Shown here: piece by piece, positions 7,899-18,959 of the stretch
How the letters are laid out: every line of letters begins with the position of its first letter
Numbering within the stretch: position 1 is the first letter of the stretch
DNA from: a virus
Taxonomy: Duplodnaviria > Caudoviricetes
DNA length: 64,000 nt
Direction: 5' to 3' (one strand)
Virus record (IMG/VR): IMGVR_UViG_3300025889_000115
Coordinates: 30 to 64,029 of that record
Notes under the pieces: generated by a model
Databases searched by the model: none
Told to the model about the DNA's origin: nothing
The model's input: only the letters and a program-made list of their open reading frames with translations
Translations under genes and position numbers: made by a program

Positions 7899-10307
7899 AT
7901 GGCCCGCGTTTCAACTATTGTCACAAATTTTCAGGCTGGTGAGCTATCCCCACGCCTTGAAGGCCGCATTGACCTACAGAAATACAGCAGTGGCGCTCAG
8001 AAGCTGGAAAACATGCTGGTGTTCCCGCAAGGCGGCATCACACGCAGACCGGGCACCAAGTACGCTGGCACGTCAAAAGACGGTGGCAAGGTCAGGCTTA
8101 TACCGTTTGAGTTTAGCGACGAGCAAGCCTATGTCCTTGAATTTGGGGCAAACTATATCCGTTATTTCAAAGACGGTGGGATTCTAACCGAAGCCACCGA
8201 GACAATCAGCGGGGCAACACAGGCCAACCCTGTTGTGCTAACGATTACCGGCACCAGCTTGGTCAACGGCGACCGCATCTTTGTCAAAGACGTTGCTGGC
8301 ATGACAGAGTTGAACAACCGTGAATTTACTGTTGCGAATAAGACAACAAACACGATTGAGCTTTCAGGCATCGATGGCACCGGCTTCACGGCTTATACCA
8401 GCGGCGGCACTGCTGGCAAGATTGTCGAAGACACAACGACGTACACAGAGGCGCAGGTCTTTGAGCTAAACTTTGTGCAGTCAGCGGATGTGTTGTACTT
8501 GGCCCATAAGGACCATGAGCCAGCCAAGCTAACCCGCACCACAGCTACCAGCTTTACGCTAACCGACATCGACTTTATTGATGGCCCGTGGCTTGACGAG
8601 AACACCACAGACACCACGATGTACTTTTCAGCAGAGACAGGCACCGTAACGGTTACTGCCTCTGCCCCCGTCTTTAGTTCCGATGACGTAGGCCGGTTTA
8701 TTCGCACTCGTGAAATCCTTGAGATTGCGCATGACGAGTGGGCGGCGGGCACGAGCTATGTCAATAATGCTACTGTGCGTTATAACGGCCACGTCTATAG
8801 GCAAGTTACTGGGTCAACTGAAACGTCAGGCAACACACCGCCGGTTCACCTGACTGGCACAGAGACATACGGCAACATTGATTGGGAATACCGGCACGAC
8901 GAGTTCGGCCATGTAAGGATTACCGCCTTTACCAGCGCTACTGTTGTCACGGCTGTTGTGCATGAAGACCAATATGGTAACGACACCCTGCCAGACAGTT
9001 CTGTAGGTTCTGGCAACGCCAACACCCGCTGGTCACTAGGCGCATTTGGCGGCGACCAAGGCTATCCACGCGCCGTAGCTTTCTACGAGGAGCGCCTATA
9101 CTTTGCTGGCACAACAGGTCAGCCGCAGACCATCTTTGGCTCGAAGACGGCTGACTTTGAAAACATGACACCCGGCACGAATGACGACGATGCCATCAAC
9201 ATCACGATTGCATCTGGCCAGGTCAACGTTATCCGCCACATGATTCCGGGTCGCTTCCTGCAAATCATGACGACAAGTTCTGAATTTACGTTGTCAGGCG
9301 GAACAGGCACCCAGCCGGTCACGCCTACAAGCGTCAATGTTCTTCGTGAAACCACCTTTGGCTCTGGGGATGTGCGCCCGCTCCGCGCTGGCGCTAGCAC
9401 CATCATGGTGCAAAAGGGGCTTGAGAAGGTCAAAGAAGTCACATTTGACTTGGACACTGACGGCTTGGTTGGCAGGGATTTGACCATCTTGGCGGAGCAT
9501 CTGACACGCGGCGGCGTCACGGACATGGTGTGGCAGCAGGAGCCAGAGCTTGTGCTTTGGTTTGTTCACTCAGATGGAACTTTGGTTGGCTTGTCCTACG
9601 ACCCGCAAAATCAGACGATTGGTTGGCACACTCACCCAATGGGCAACAGCGGGATTGTCGAGAGCATCACGGCCATCCCAAGTGGCGCAGAAGACCAAGT
9701 GTACCTCTCGGTCAAGCGCACCATTAACAGCGCAACAGTCCGCCACGTTGTCTTCATGGAAAACATTTATTTCGGCACCGACGTTGCTGATGCTTTCTAT
9801 GTAGACTCTGGGCTCACATATGACAGCAGCGCCACCACCACCATTAGTGGCCTGAACCACCTCGAAGGCGAGACGGTGCAAATTCTGGCTGACGGCTCGG
9901 CGCATCCAGACAAGGTTGTAAGCGGCGGTGTGGTAACGCTGGACCGCAGCGCTAGCACAGTGCATGTCGGCTATTCCTACGATTCCAAGATGCAGACGCT
10001 ACGCCTTGAAGCTGGTGCTGATGATGGCGTGTCACAGGGCAAGATTAAGCGTATTCACGGCGTAACTGTGCGGTTCATTGACACGGTTGGCGCAGAGGTC
10101 GGGCCGGATGAAAGCAATCTGGACCGTATCCCGTTCCGCGACAGCAGCATGGCAATGGATGAAGCTGTGCCAATGTTTGATGGAGACAAAGAGATTACGT
10201 TCCCGTCAGGGTACGACAATGATGCCAGAGTGTTCGTTAGGCAGACGCAACCATTGCCAATGACTATTCTGGCAGTGATGCGGAGGTCTAACACATTTGA
10301 TGCTTAA
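7899..10307 (+). CDS. Tail tubular protein B (T7 gp12-like nozzle)
   Basis: 802 aa; NF.AGELSP, GG..RRPGT, YP.AV.FYE.RL and GL.HLEG motifs. Confidence 0.92.
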   Translation: MARVSTIVTNFQAGELSPRLEGRIDLQKYSSGAQKLENMLVFPQGGITRRPGTKYAGTSKDGGKVRLIPFEFSDEQAYVLEFGANYIRYFKDGGILTEATETISGATQANPVVLTITGTSLVNGDRIFVKDVAGMTELNNREFTVANKTTNTIELSGIDGTGFTAYTSGGTAGKIVEDTTTYTEAQVFELNFVQSADVLYLAHKDHEPAKLTRTTATSFTLTDIDFIDGPWLDENTTDTTMYFSAETGTVTVTASAPVFSSDDVGRFIRTREILEIAHDEWAAGTSYVNNATVRYNGHVYRQVTGSTETSGNTPPVHLTGTETYGNIDWEYRHDEFGHVRITAFTSATVVTAVVHEDQYGNDTLPDSSVGSGNANTRWSLGAFGGDQGYPRAVAFYEERLYFAGTTGQPQTIFGSKTADFENMTPGTNDDDAINITIASGQVNVIRHMIPGRFLQIMTTSSEFTLSGGTGTQPVTPTSVNVLRETTFGSGDVRPLRAGASTIMVQKGLEKVKEVTFDLDTDGLVGRDLTILAEHLTRGGVTDMVWQQEPELVLWFVHSDGTLVGLSYDPQNQTIGWHTHPMGNSGIVESITAIPSGAEDQVYLSVKRTINSATVRHVVFMENIYFGTDVADAFYVDSGLTYDSSATTTISGLNHLEGETVQILADGSAHPDKVVSGGVVTLDRSASTVHVGYSYDSKMQTLRLEAGADDGVSQGKIKRIHGVTVRFIDTVGAEVGPDESNLDRIPFRDSSMAMDEAVPMFDGDKEITFPSGYDNDARVFVRQTQPLPMTILAVMRRSNTFDA

Positions 10308-10722
10308 TATACGACCCTATACACATGATGATGTGTATGACATTGAACTAGACTACGAGTTTGGCCGAGCCTCACGGGCTGGCCTTCTGGGCCACAACGA
10401 GATAGTTGCCTATACGCTTCTTGATGACGACAAGGTTCTGGCGGTTGGCGGGGCGCATATCATGTGGTTTGGCGCAGGGGAAGGTTGGGTGCTGGTTTCA
10501 CCGGATTGCCTCAGAACCCCGGCATCCTTTGCCCGTTATGCAAAACGGCTGTTTGGTAGTATATTGCAAGATACTGATTTAAGGAGAGTGCAGGCCAGCA
10601 TCCACGTTGACGACGACCGCGCGTACAGGTTTGCAGAATGGCTTGGCTTTGAGAACGAGGGCATCATGCGTAAGTACGGCGTAGACGGCGGCGATTACTA
10701 CAGAATGGCGAGGGTACAGTAA
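10300..10722 (+). CDS. GNAT-fold protein (T7 gp13-like)
   Basis: RRVQA.....D.RA.RFAEWLGFENEG.MRKYG. Confidence 0.8.
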   Translation: MLNIRPYTHDDVYDIELDYEFGRASRAGLLGHNEIVAYTLLDDDKVLAVGGAHIMWFGAGEGWVLVSPDCLRTPASFARYAKRLFGSILQDTDLRRVQASIHVDDDRAYRFAEWLGFENEGIMRKYGVDGGDYYRMARVQ

Positions 10723-11207
10723 TGTCCGCAGAGATTGCAGCAGCAGCCGCGATAGCATCGGGTGTTATGGGCTTCAAGGGCAACCGCGCAGCAGCGCGGC
10801 AAGCCCGACAGGTTGCTGATTACAATGCCCAAGTCGAAGAGAACAACCTTGTCATTCTCCAACGCGCCCGCAGGGACCAAGAGCTTCAAGTCAGGCGGCA
10901 GGGGGAGCAACTTGTTGGAGCGCAGCGGGTTGCTGTAGGCGCAAGCGGCATACAAGAGCGCGGCACACCATTGAACATTTATGCCAACGCCTACTTTGGT
11001 ATAGAGCGTGACGCGGCCCGGATTCAGTATGCCTCAAGTGTTGACGAAGTTCGGGCGGTTGCTGCTTCTCGCAAGGAAATCATGGAAGGTCGAGCCCGCG
11101 CCACAACCTATCAATACGCGGCTATGGGCTCTTTGCTTGGCGGCACAACGCAAGCAGTCAGCACTTACGGCCAACTCGGTGGGTTTGACACGACAGGAAC
11201 AGACTAA
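10722..11207 (+). CDS. Internal virion protein (gp14-like)
   Basis: Ala-rich N-terminus and G.QRV..ASGI motif; position after the GNAT gene. Confidence 0.75.
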   Translation: MSAEIAAAAAIASGVMGFKGNRAAARQARQVADYNAQVEENNLVILQRARRDQELQVRRQGEQLVGAQRVAVGASGIQERGTPLNIYANAYFGIERDAARIQYASSVDEVRAVAASRKEIMEGRARATTYQYAAMGSLLGGTTQAVSTYGQLGGFDTTGTD

Positions 11208-13477
11208 TGCCACAAATCCCTATTTATAATCGTGGGCAAGGCCCGACAGTGCAGATGACAACTGGCACTCTCGGCCCAAAACTGTCGTCCCAAGTTTTTG
11301 AAAGAGCCGCCGCAGCGCCTGGTGAGGTTGCTGCAAAGGCTCTCGGGGACATTGCCAAGGTAGCCGCTGACTTTGAGGTCAGAGAGCAAAAAGCAGAGCT
11401 TGAGGCTGCTGAACGCGACCTGATGAACAAGGCGGATGAGGCCGCAGACAGGTTTGTTTTTGAAAACAACGACGACAACTACCGCGCCTACGGCATCAAT
11501 GCTGGCAATTTCAAGACCGACTGGCTGCAATCAAATGTGGACACATATGAGGGGCTGAACAGCCGCCAACGGGCCGCGCTGTCTAACAACATTGACCGCC
11601 GTATGCAGCTTAAACTGCAACCCGGCAAGGTAAATGCTTTCGGTCGCGGTCAGGCCCGCAAGACCGATGTCTTTAACAAGGCGGCAGAGATTCTTGTTAA
11701 GGAGATGGCCAACAGCCAAGACTCTCCCGACATGCTTGTCAAATACAACGAAGAGCTTGATGGCCTGTTTGAGTCGGCACGGGAGCAGGGGCTACAAGTC
11801 TCTTGGACCCCCGAGAGTGTCCGCTTTGAGGTGCAGCGTGAGGTTATAAGTGGCTTCATGCAGGACGAGACCAAACCGCTTTCGTTCTTTGAAGACCTAA
11901 AAGATGAAATCCTTAACGGCGAAGGCGGGTATGCTCAGAACACTTTGGATGAGCAGGAACGTCTTGCTGGCATGTTGTCCAGCCATATTAACGAGCTTGA
12001 GACAGTGGCTGTGGCTGACGCAACGGCAGCAGGCGCTAGTGCCTTGGCTGGACTGACAATAGAAACAAACTCCGCGAACAGGACAGTCGCCCTCAAGGAC
12101 GGATTAGTAGCCGCAGAAAAGCTGCGCAACTTGGGCAAATTCGCCGCCGCTACAAAACTTGAAGTTGACTTGCGTAGCACTAATGCAGCGCTAAACGCAT
12201 CTGACAACTTGATGTTTGCGCCAGAGGCGGACGTGCAGGCGTTTATGTCCAAGCAAAAGCAGTTCTTGGAAAGCGCACGACCCGAAGAAAGGATAAATGC
12301 GCTGGCTGAGTACCAAGCCATGCAAACTGCCATGGCCAAGAGAAAAGAGCTTATACAGGAAGACGCGGCCGGCTACGTCTATGACTCCTATTTCAGAAAA
12401 TACAACCAAGCGCCCACACCTTCACAAATAGTGGAGCATCAGCGACAGCTTGGTGTGCAAGAGTCAATTATCCGGCCATTTACCAAGCTTCAGTTTACCG
12501 AGCTTTCCACGGGCATGGCTCAGGCTGACGCCTCTGGCAAGATGGATTTGATGGCGCAGTTCTTTGGTCAGTTTGAGGAGGGTGAGCAACGCAGTTTGGC
12601 TATGCGCGGAGCCCGCAACCTCGGGCTTACAGCCGCACAAAACATTGCCATGTCTAGGCCGGGTGACCCTCGTGCGCTTGACCTTCTGAACGCAGAAGGT
12701 GTGGACGACAAAGTTCTAAAGGCCAACTTAAAAGAAAAAGGTATAGACGCAACGAAGCTGGGGGACATAACTAGCGCTGTAGATAAGGAGTTGGAAGAGT
12801 ACCAGAAGAGCATTGTTGGTGATGCTGCCTCTGGCTACCTAGACCAGACCAGCACATCTGGCCGCCTAAACAGTGTCTTTGAGCAGAAACAAGCTATTTA
12901 CAAGCTGGCTCAAACCTATGTGGTGGCAGGGATGGACATAAGCCAAGCAGCCAAAAAAGCTGCCGGAGTCATTACAGAGCAATTTGTCTTTGAAGAGTCT
13001 GGTGATGGCGCTGTTCGCATCCCTGCGGCTCAGGCAGGAGCCAGCGCTGACATCATGTCCTTCCTAGACAGGAAGTTGCGCCAGCCAGGTTTCCTTGAGA
13101 ACGAGTCTATTATTCCGGGCGATGCTGGTGTTGCAGAAGGCACCACCGATGAGGTTAGGGCCGGAATATTTGCATCACAGGTTAGGCAAAACGGTCGCTG
13201 GCACACAACAGACGACAACAAGGGCGCTGTCCTGCTTGATGACTTTGGCAACGTGGTCATGAAGAAGGTCAACATGTTCGGTGAGCGTGGCGAGTTCCCG
13301 GTGTACTACGACTTTGCTGACATCGAGGAGCGCATCCAATACGAGGCTGAATACTTTAGAGATGTGGTAGGCGGTGTGCAGGGTCTTATGGTAGCGCCCA
13401 CAAGCCCAGACAGGGTTTTAGCCACCGGGGCTGAAATCAGACAGGAGCGGCCTGACTTAATAGGTGGGCTGCGGTAA
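11207..13477 (+). CDS. Internal virion/ejection protein (gp15-like)
   Basis: 756 aa helical protein with MPQIPIY start; position. Confidence 0.7.
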   Translation: MPQIPIYNRGQGPTVQMTTGTLGPKLSSQVFERAAAAPGEVAAKALGDIAKVAADFEVREQKAELEAAERDLMNKADEAADRFVFENNDDNYRAYGINAGNFKTDWLQSNVDTYEGLNSRQRAALSNNIDRRMQLKLQPGKVNAFGRGQARKTDVFNKAAEILVKEMANSQDSPDMLVKYNEELDGLFESAREQGLQVSWTPESVRFEVQREVISGFMQDETKPLSFFEDLKDEILNGEGGYAQNTLDEQERLAGMLSSHINELETVAVADATAAGASALAGLTIETNSANRTVALKDGLVAAEKLRNLGKFAAATKLEVDLRSTNAALNASDNLMFAPEADVQAFMSKQKQFLESARPEERINALAEYQAMQTAMAKRKELIQEDAAGYVYDSYFRKYNQAPTPSQIVEHQRQLGVQESIIRPFTKLQFTELSTGMAQADASGKMDLMAQFFGQFEEGEQRSLAMRGARNLGLTAAQNIAMSRPGDPRALDLLNAEGVDDKVLKANLKEKGIDATKLGDITSAVDKELEEYQKSIVGDAASGYLDQTSTSGRLNSVFEQKQAIYKLAQTYVVAGMDISQAAKKAAGVITEQFVFEESGDGAVRIPAAQAGASADIMSFLDRKLRQPGFLENESIIPGDAGVAEGTTDEVRAGIFASQVRQNGRWHTTDDNKGAVLLDDFGNVVMKKVNMFGERGEFPVYYDFADIEERIQYEAEYFRDVVGGVQGLMVAPTSPDRVLATGAEIRQERPDLIGGLR

Positions 13478-15117
13478 TGCTGGAAATCTACATCCCGCCA
13501 CAGCAGGATAACCCCACACTGCGCCAGAATTACTTTGACTATTCAAAGTCAGGCACGATGGATGTGTTGGGTGCCACCTTCCAGCAGGCTTTCTATGAAA
13601 ACCCTATGAACGCCGCACTGCGCTCAACGCAGCTTTTCTTTGGCGGCGACACGGGCCGAAAGCTGACCCCGCAAGAGTACCAAGAGAGCGAGTTCTTTCG
13701 GGAGGGCATCACAGTAGGAGAGGACGGCATCTACGAGGGTGCCGCTTCTATATTGGCTGAACGCTATGATGTGCGCTCCAAGCGGAAACTTATCCTGTCA
13801 CGCTCCCGTGGTGGTGTGGGCCTTGGCGCAACACAGCTTGGTGTGGGCTTGGTCGCAAGCATGCTTGACCCATTAGCCGTTGGTGCTGCTTTCATACCCG
13901 GTGTGGCCGCTGCTCGTTTGGGCATGGCTGTTGCCCGGCCAGTCACTGCCAGCGGTAGATTTGCCAGAGGCGCTGTAGAGGGTGCCGTGGGAACGGCTGC
14001 GCTTGAGCCTATTGTCTATGGCGCTGCGCGGTACGAACAGGACGCAGACTACACGCTGGCTGACAGTATGCTTAACGTGGCCTTTGGCACTGTGCTTGGC
14101 GGCGGACTTCATGCTGTCGGCGGTGCAATCGGTGACGCAGTGTCACGCTCACGGCTCAAAACAAAGAAAGCTCTTTTACAGACGGCGGTAGCCCAACTTG
14201 CCGATGGCAGGAAGGTTGACGTTGAGCCGCTAATAAAAGCTGACTCGCAGTTGCGCAATGACCCGGCTTTCCGTGGCGCAAATGTCGTGGACGAAAGCAT
14301 TGGCGAGACGCCTGATTTGGACATGCGCCCGAAGGGCAAGCGCATACCAGACGTGTTGCGTCCCCTACTTGTGCCTAGTGAGCGCCCCAAGAGCATCAGG
14401 GAGTTCATCAGAGGCATTGGTGGCATTAAAGGAGATGACCCGCTTGCTACCGACTTGCTTGAGCGCAGCGGCGGGGACAAGAGCCTGTTCCGCGCCAAGA
14501 GGGGCAAAGACAAGCAACCTTTGGACAGGGCCAGGGAGGCGGCAGAGGAGGCTGGCTATTTGCCAGAAGGCTCAACTGTTGATGACTTGCTGGAGCTTGT
14601 GGCGCGGGACACAAAGGAAACGCCGGTATACTCCCAGCGTGACGCAGACTTTGATGCGCGTCTGGAACAAGCCAGAGCAATCAACGACGAGCTTGAGAAG
14701 TACCGCATTGACCCCAAGGGCTACACCGACCAGCAAATCGGGCGACTTTTAGAGCAGCGGTCACGTCTTGATGAAGTGCCAGAAGATGTGCCGGACGGGC
14801 TGACGGAGGAAGAGTTTTACAGGCTGCGCAAGGAGCAGCAGGAAGACATTGGACGCAACCCTGACGTTGATGACTTTGTGGAGCGTATGCGCGAGGCTCA
14901 GGAGATTGAGGCCCGGTTTGACGACGAGCCACTTAAACGGCTGCAAGAAGAAAACGAACTGCTTGAGGAAGACATACGCTACCTTATAGACGATGAGTTG
15001 CTGGACGAAGCGGCGCAGGAACAAATCCAAGTCTTCAACCGCCTCACCGAAAAGGCCGAGGCTGGCTATGAGAAGGGGCTGCAAGCAGCGCAAATCTGTT
15101 TGACAGGGAAAGTATAA
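13477..15117 (+). CDS. Internal virion/ejection protein with Gly/Ala hydrophobic segments
   Basis: 546 aa; LDPLA..AFIP and FG.VLGGGLH hydrophobic stretches; acidic C-terminus. Confidence 0.65.
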   Translation: MLEIYIPPQQDNPTLRQNYFDYSKSGTMDVLGATFQQAFYENPMNAALRSTQLFFGGDTGRKLTPQEYQESEFFREGITVGEDGIYEGAASILAERYDVRSKRKLILSRSRGGVGLGATQLGVGLVASMLDPLAVGAAFIPGVAAARLGMAVARPVTASGRFARGAVEGAVGTAALEPIVYGAARYEQDADYTLADSMLNVAFGTVLGGGLHAVGGAIGDAVSRSRLKTKKALLQTAVAQLADGRKVDVEPLIKADSQLRNDPAFRGANVVDESIGETPDLDMRPKGKRIPDVLRPLLVPSERPKSIREFIRGIGGIKGDDPLATDLLERSGGDKSLFRAKRGKDKQPLDRAREAAEEAGYLPEGSTVDDLLELVARDTKETPVYSQRDADFDARLEQARAINDELEKYRIDPKGYTDQQIGRLLEQRSRLDEVPEDVPDGLTEEEFYRLRKEQQEDIGRNPDVDDFVERMREAQEIEARFDDEPLKRLQEENELLEEDIRYLIDDELLDEAAQEQIQVFNRLTEKAEAGYEKGLQAAQICLTGKV

Positions 15118-17633
15118 TGCAAGCGTGTACCCAAGACATCATTGACGCAATGCGCCAGGCTGGCTTTGAGATTGACGAAGAAGAAGCAGCGGACATCCTT
15201 GGTGCTTTTGTGGATGACCTTGAGAAGCAGCAGGGCAAGATTTACTCACAATCCCAAGAAAATCAATTACTTGAGCGCAGACTGAAAATACATCAGCAGG
15301 CCAAGATTAGTGCTGCCATCCAAAAGCGTAACTTCCTGATTAACCAGAAACGTGCTGCATTGCTCAAGCAGGCCATTGACAACTATGAGGGGTCTGCTGA
15401 CGACGCCTTGCTCGACATTCTTGTTGGCTCGGTAAAGAACTACAAGGGTGGCCGGATGAGCATCGACGCAAGGCGGCAGGGCATCCAGAACGACGGCGCT
15501 GGCCTGCTGCTTGCAGAGTTGCAGAAGAACGACCTTGTTGGCTTGTTCCAGTCCTCGCAGCTTGATGAGATGATTTACAAGGAACTATTCGACGGGTTTG
15601 GCACGTCGGGCAACGCAGAGGCACGGCAGATTGCAGAAGCTATCCAGCGTGTTCAGAAGAACCTCCTCGACCGCAAGAACAGGAACGGCGCGAATATTGG
15701 CGAGTTGGCAAGCTATGTTGTGCGCCAGCGGCATGACCCGAACCGCCTGCGCGATGCAGGGTTCGACCAATGGTACAACGACATCGTTCCTTTGCTGGAC
15801 GTAGAAAAGACTTTTGACGGGGTGCGCGGTGGCGAAGCCGGGCGCAAGGCTTTCTTGCGTGAAGCCTACAACCACCTTGAGAGCGGCAACTTCCAGAAAA
15901 CGTCGTCTGTGACTGGCGAAGACGGCAAGGTTGACCCACTGACCGCGTTCAAAGGCCCGGCCAACCTAGCCAAGAAACTCAGCGGCTCCCGTGTCCTGCA
16001 CTTTAGGGACGGCAAATCCAGCTACCAGTACGCCAACAAATATTCTGGCAAGAACCTGATTACATCCGTGCTAGACGGTATATCCAATGACGCTCAGTCC
16101 ATTGCGCTTATGGAGGTGCTTGGCACAAATCCAGAAGCCATGCTCGAGACTTTTATCCGCAACCGGCCCGACATTACGGACACGGGTGCGCGTCGACTGC
16201 GCAATGCCTTGAAGGAGCTTGATGGCACAACTCGCGCTGTTGGCGCTGCACAGACCAAGGTTCTTGGGGCAGACATGACCGCAGTGGCTGGGTCTCTTCG
16301 GGCTCTACAAAACATGTCAAAGCTGGGATTTGCCACAATTTCCTCATTCTCAGACATCGGGTCCAAGGCAACGTTGTTGCAGCGGGAAACAGGGCGTAGC
16401 TTCTTCGAGTCCTACAACGAAGCCATCCTTGATGTAATGCGCGGGTTTACAGACACGCAAAAGCGCGAGTTCTCGTATTACCTTGGCACGGGTGTTGACA
16501 CGTTCCTCGGCAGCATACACTCGCGGTGGGCGGCAGATGACCAGTTGCCCGGTATGATGACCAAGGCACAACAAACCTATTTTAAGCTGAACGGCATGCA
16601 GTTTTGGAACAGCGCCCAGAAAGACGGCGTTGCCAAAATACTTGCAGCGGACTTGGCCAAGAACGTGGGCAAAAGGTTTGATGACTTGCCCATTGAGCTT
16701 CGCAAAACGCTTGAACTGTACGACATAAACGCGCAGGAACTGGCGTTGTTCCGTGGTGTAGACCGCCAAGGCCCGGACGGGCGCGAGTACGTATTCCCAT
16801 CAATGGTGGATGAGATTGACGACGCCGCCTTGGATGCTGCGGCATCGGTGAGGTTCCAGCGGACAAACATAACACCAGAGATGCGACAGCAGTTTCGGGA
16901 TGATTTGCGTACAAGGATTGCAGCTTACTACGCAGACAGTGCGGATGCGGCTGTGCCTACGCCCGGCGCACGGGAACGTGCCATCATGAACCAAGGCACA
17001 AAGCGCGGCACACCTGTCGGTGAAGCCATACGCATGTTTATGCAGTTCAAGTCATTCCCCATCACTTTTGTGACCAAGGGGTTACAGCGTCAGTATTATG
17101 GCCAGAAGGCTGTGGGCCGGTCCGGCGCAATAGGCATTGCGCAGCTTATGGTTGGGACGACAATCATGGGCTATATAGCAAATGCCACCAAAGATGTTCT
17201 CAAGGGGCGTGAGCCGCGAGAGGTGTTTAGCCGCGAGAGGGCGTTCAAAAGCTTCACAGAGGCGTTTGTCGCGGGTGGTGGCGCTGGCATTTACGGCGAC
17301 TTCCTGTTTGGTGAATACAATCGCTATGGGCAGTCACTCACACAGACTCTCGCTGGCCCCACATTTGGCACAGCGGATGATATTGCCCGAATTTACGGCA
17401 ACATGATGTCTGGCAACTTGGACAAAGCTGGCGAAAAGGCTGTTAATTTTTTCTTTAGGAACTTGCCTGGCGCAAACCTGTTTTACCTCAAGATGGGCAT
17501 AGACTACATGTTCCTGCATGGCATCTCAGAAATGATGAATCCAGGCTACATGCGCCGCTTGGAAAGGCGTATTGAGCGAGAGACCGGCAGTGAGTTTTAC
17601 CTTCCGCCGAGCGAGTTTGCTGTAGGCAGCTAG
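15117..17633 (+). CDS. Large internal virion protein (gp16-like)
   Basis: 838 aa; QFKSFP and GGG.GIYGDFLF motifs. Confidence 0.75.
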   Translation: MQACTQDIIDAMRQAGFEIDEEEAADILGAFVDDLEKQQGKIYSQSQENQLLERRLKIHQQAKISAAIQKRNFLINQKRAALLKQAIDNYEGSADDALLDILVGSVKNYKGGRMSIDARRQGIQNDGAGLLLAELQKNDLVGLFQSSQLDEMIYKELFDGFGTSGNAEARQIAEAIQRVQKNLLDRKNRNGANIGELASYVVRQRHDPNRLRDAGFDQWYNDIVPLLDVEKTFDGVRGGEAGRKAFLREAYNHLESGNFQKTSSVTGEDGKVDPLTAFKGPANLAKKLSGSRVLHFRDGKSSYQYANKYSGKNLITSVLDGISNDAQSIALMEVLGTNPEAMLETFIRNRPDITDTGARRLRNALKELDGTTRAVGAAQTKVLGADMTAVAGSLRALQNMSKLGFATISSFSDIGSKATLLQRETGRSFFESYNEAILDVMRGFTDTQKREFSYYLGTGVDTFLGSIHSRWAADDQLPGMMTKAQQTYFKLNGMQFWNSAQKDGVAKILAADLAKNVGKRFDDLPIELRKTLELYDINAQELALFRGVDRQGPDGREYVFPSMVDEIDDAALDAAASVRFQRTNITPEMRQQFRDDLRTRIAAYYADSADAAVPTPGARERAIMNQGTKRGTPVGEAIRMFMQFKSFPITFVTKGLQRQYYGQKAVGRSGAIGIAQLMVGTTIMGYIANATKDVLKGREPREVFSRERAFKSFTEAFVAGGGAGIYGDFLFGEYNRYGQSLTQTLAGPTFGTADDIARIYGNMMSGNLDKAGEKAVNFFFRNLPGANLFYLKMGIDYMFLHGISEMMNPGYMRRLERRIERETGSEFYLPPSEFAVGS

Positions 17634-17637
17634 TTAA

Positions 17638-17678
17638 GGTATAAAGTACCCAAGGAGTGACGCATGACAGTCAGCAGC
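17638..17678 (+). promoter_or_regulatory. Conserved module-boundary element (TATAAA + RBS + fibre start)
   Basis: GGTATAAAGnACCnAAGGAGTGACGCATGACAGTCAGCAGC, 39/41 identical to 52027..52067. Confidence 0.55.
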
Positions 17679-18959
17679 TCAACAACCAAGGTAAGCTACA
17701 GTGGTGACAACAGCACCACTGTTTTTGCTTATACTTTCAAAATCTTCGCAGACGCAGACCTGACGGTTATTGTGCGTACCGACGCGACTGGCGCTGAGTC
17801 AACCAAGACTCTGACGACAGACTACACTGTGTCGGGCGCTGGCAATGCGGGCGGTGGTGCCGTTACTATGGTTACTGCGCCTGCTAGCGGCGAGACCCTT
17901 GTCATCAAACGTAGTTTGACCCTGACACAATCCACTGATTATGTGGCCAACGACCCGTTCCCGGCCGCTGCCCACGAGGATGCCTTGGACCGGCTGACGT
18001 TCATCGCGCAGCAACAGCAAGAGGTGTTTGACCGCGCCGTCGTCTTTCCTGAGACGGACACCGCAAGCACGACAATCCCTGACTCCGTGACCCGTGCCAA
18101 CAAGTTCCTTGGCTTTGGTGCAAGCGGAGAAGTCGCAGTTTTATCCAGCACAGGCACCGCCCCCGGCGCGATTGACACTGGCAACTTGGTAGATGGCGCA
18201 GTTACAACTGCAAAACTTGCATCTACCGCTGTAACCACAGCTAAAATTACAGACGATGCGGTTACACAGGCCAAGATTGCAGATGATGCGGTTGGGCAAG
18301 CACAGATTGCGGATGACGCGGTAGGTTCTGCCCAGATTGCGGATGACGCGGTAGGTTCTGCCCAGATTGCAGACAACGCTGTGGGCACAGCACAGATTGC
18401 TGATAGCGCCGTCACCGCTGCTAAACTCTCGTCAGATGCAGCATTTTCTGCTGGCATGTTGATGCCTTATGCGGGCACATCTGCCCCAACCGGGTGGCTG
18501 CTGGCATACGGTCAGGCAGTGTCTCGAACAACCTATGCCGACTTGTTTACTGCAATTAGCACGACCTACGGGTCTGGTGACGGCTCAACCACCTTCAACC
18601 TTCCAGACCTACGCGGCCGCACCATCGCCGGTCAGGACGATATGGGTGGCTCATCCGCCAACCGGCTGACAAATCAATCCGGCGGTTTGAACGGTGACAC
18701 TCTGGGTGCTTCTGGCGGCGCAGAGACGCACACCCTGACCACGTCGCAGATGCCAAGCCACAGCCACACCCTTGGCAGCAACGCCAAGATATCAACCACA
18801 TTTGGTACTAGTGGCGAAAACACCGCAGTCAGGCGTGACACATTAAGTGGGAGTGCGCTTGATTCGTTCATCAGTGGCTCCACCCAAGCCGCAGGCTCTG
18901 GCAGCGCTCACAACAACGTGCAACCGACCATCATTCTCAACTACATCATCAAGACTTAG
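17664..18959 (+). CDS. Tail fibre with T7-like N-terminal anchor and tail-collar domain
   Basis: YSGD.ST.VFAYTF N-terminus; PTGWL...GQAVSRTTY.DLF...FNLPDLRGR collar motif. Confidence 0.88.
   Translation: MTVSSSTTKVSYSGDNSTTVFAYTFKIFADADLTVIVRTDATGAESTKTLTTDYTVSGAGNAGGGAVTMVTAPASGETLVIKRSLTLTQSTDYVANDPFPAAAHEDALDRLTFIAQQQQEVFDRAVVFPETDTASTTIPDSVTRANKFLGFGASGEVAVLSSTGTAPGAIDTGNLVDGAVTTAKLASTAVTTAKITDDAVTQAKIADDAVGQAQIADDAVGSAQIADDAVGSAQIADNAVGTAQIADSAVTAAKLSSDAAFSAGMLMPYAGTSAPTGWLLAYGQAVSRTTYADLFTAISTTYGSGDGSTTFNLPDLRGRTIAGQDDMGGSSANRLTNQSGGLNGDTLGASGGAETHTLTTSQMPSHSHTLGSNAKISTTFGTSGENTAVRRDTLSGSALDSFISGSTQAAGSGSAHNNVQPTIILNYIIKT
18190..18425 (+). repeat. 30-bp (10-aa AQIADDAVGS) tandem repeats in tail fibre
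   Basis: Exact CAGATTGCGGATGACGCGGTAGGTTCTGCC duplication at 18303-18370 within degenerate copies. Confidence 0.9.
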
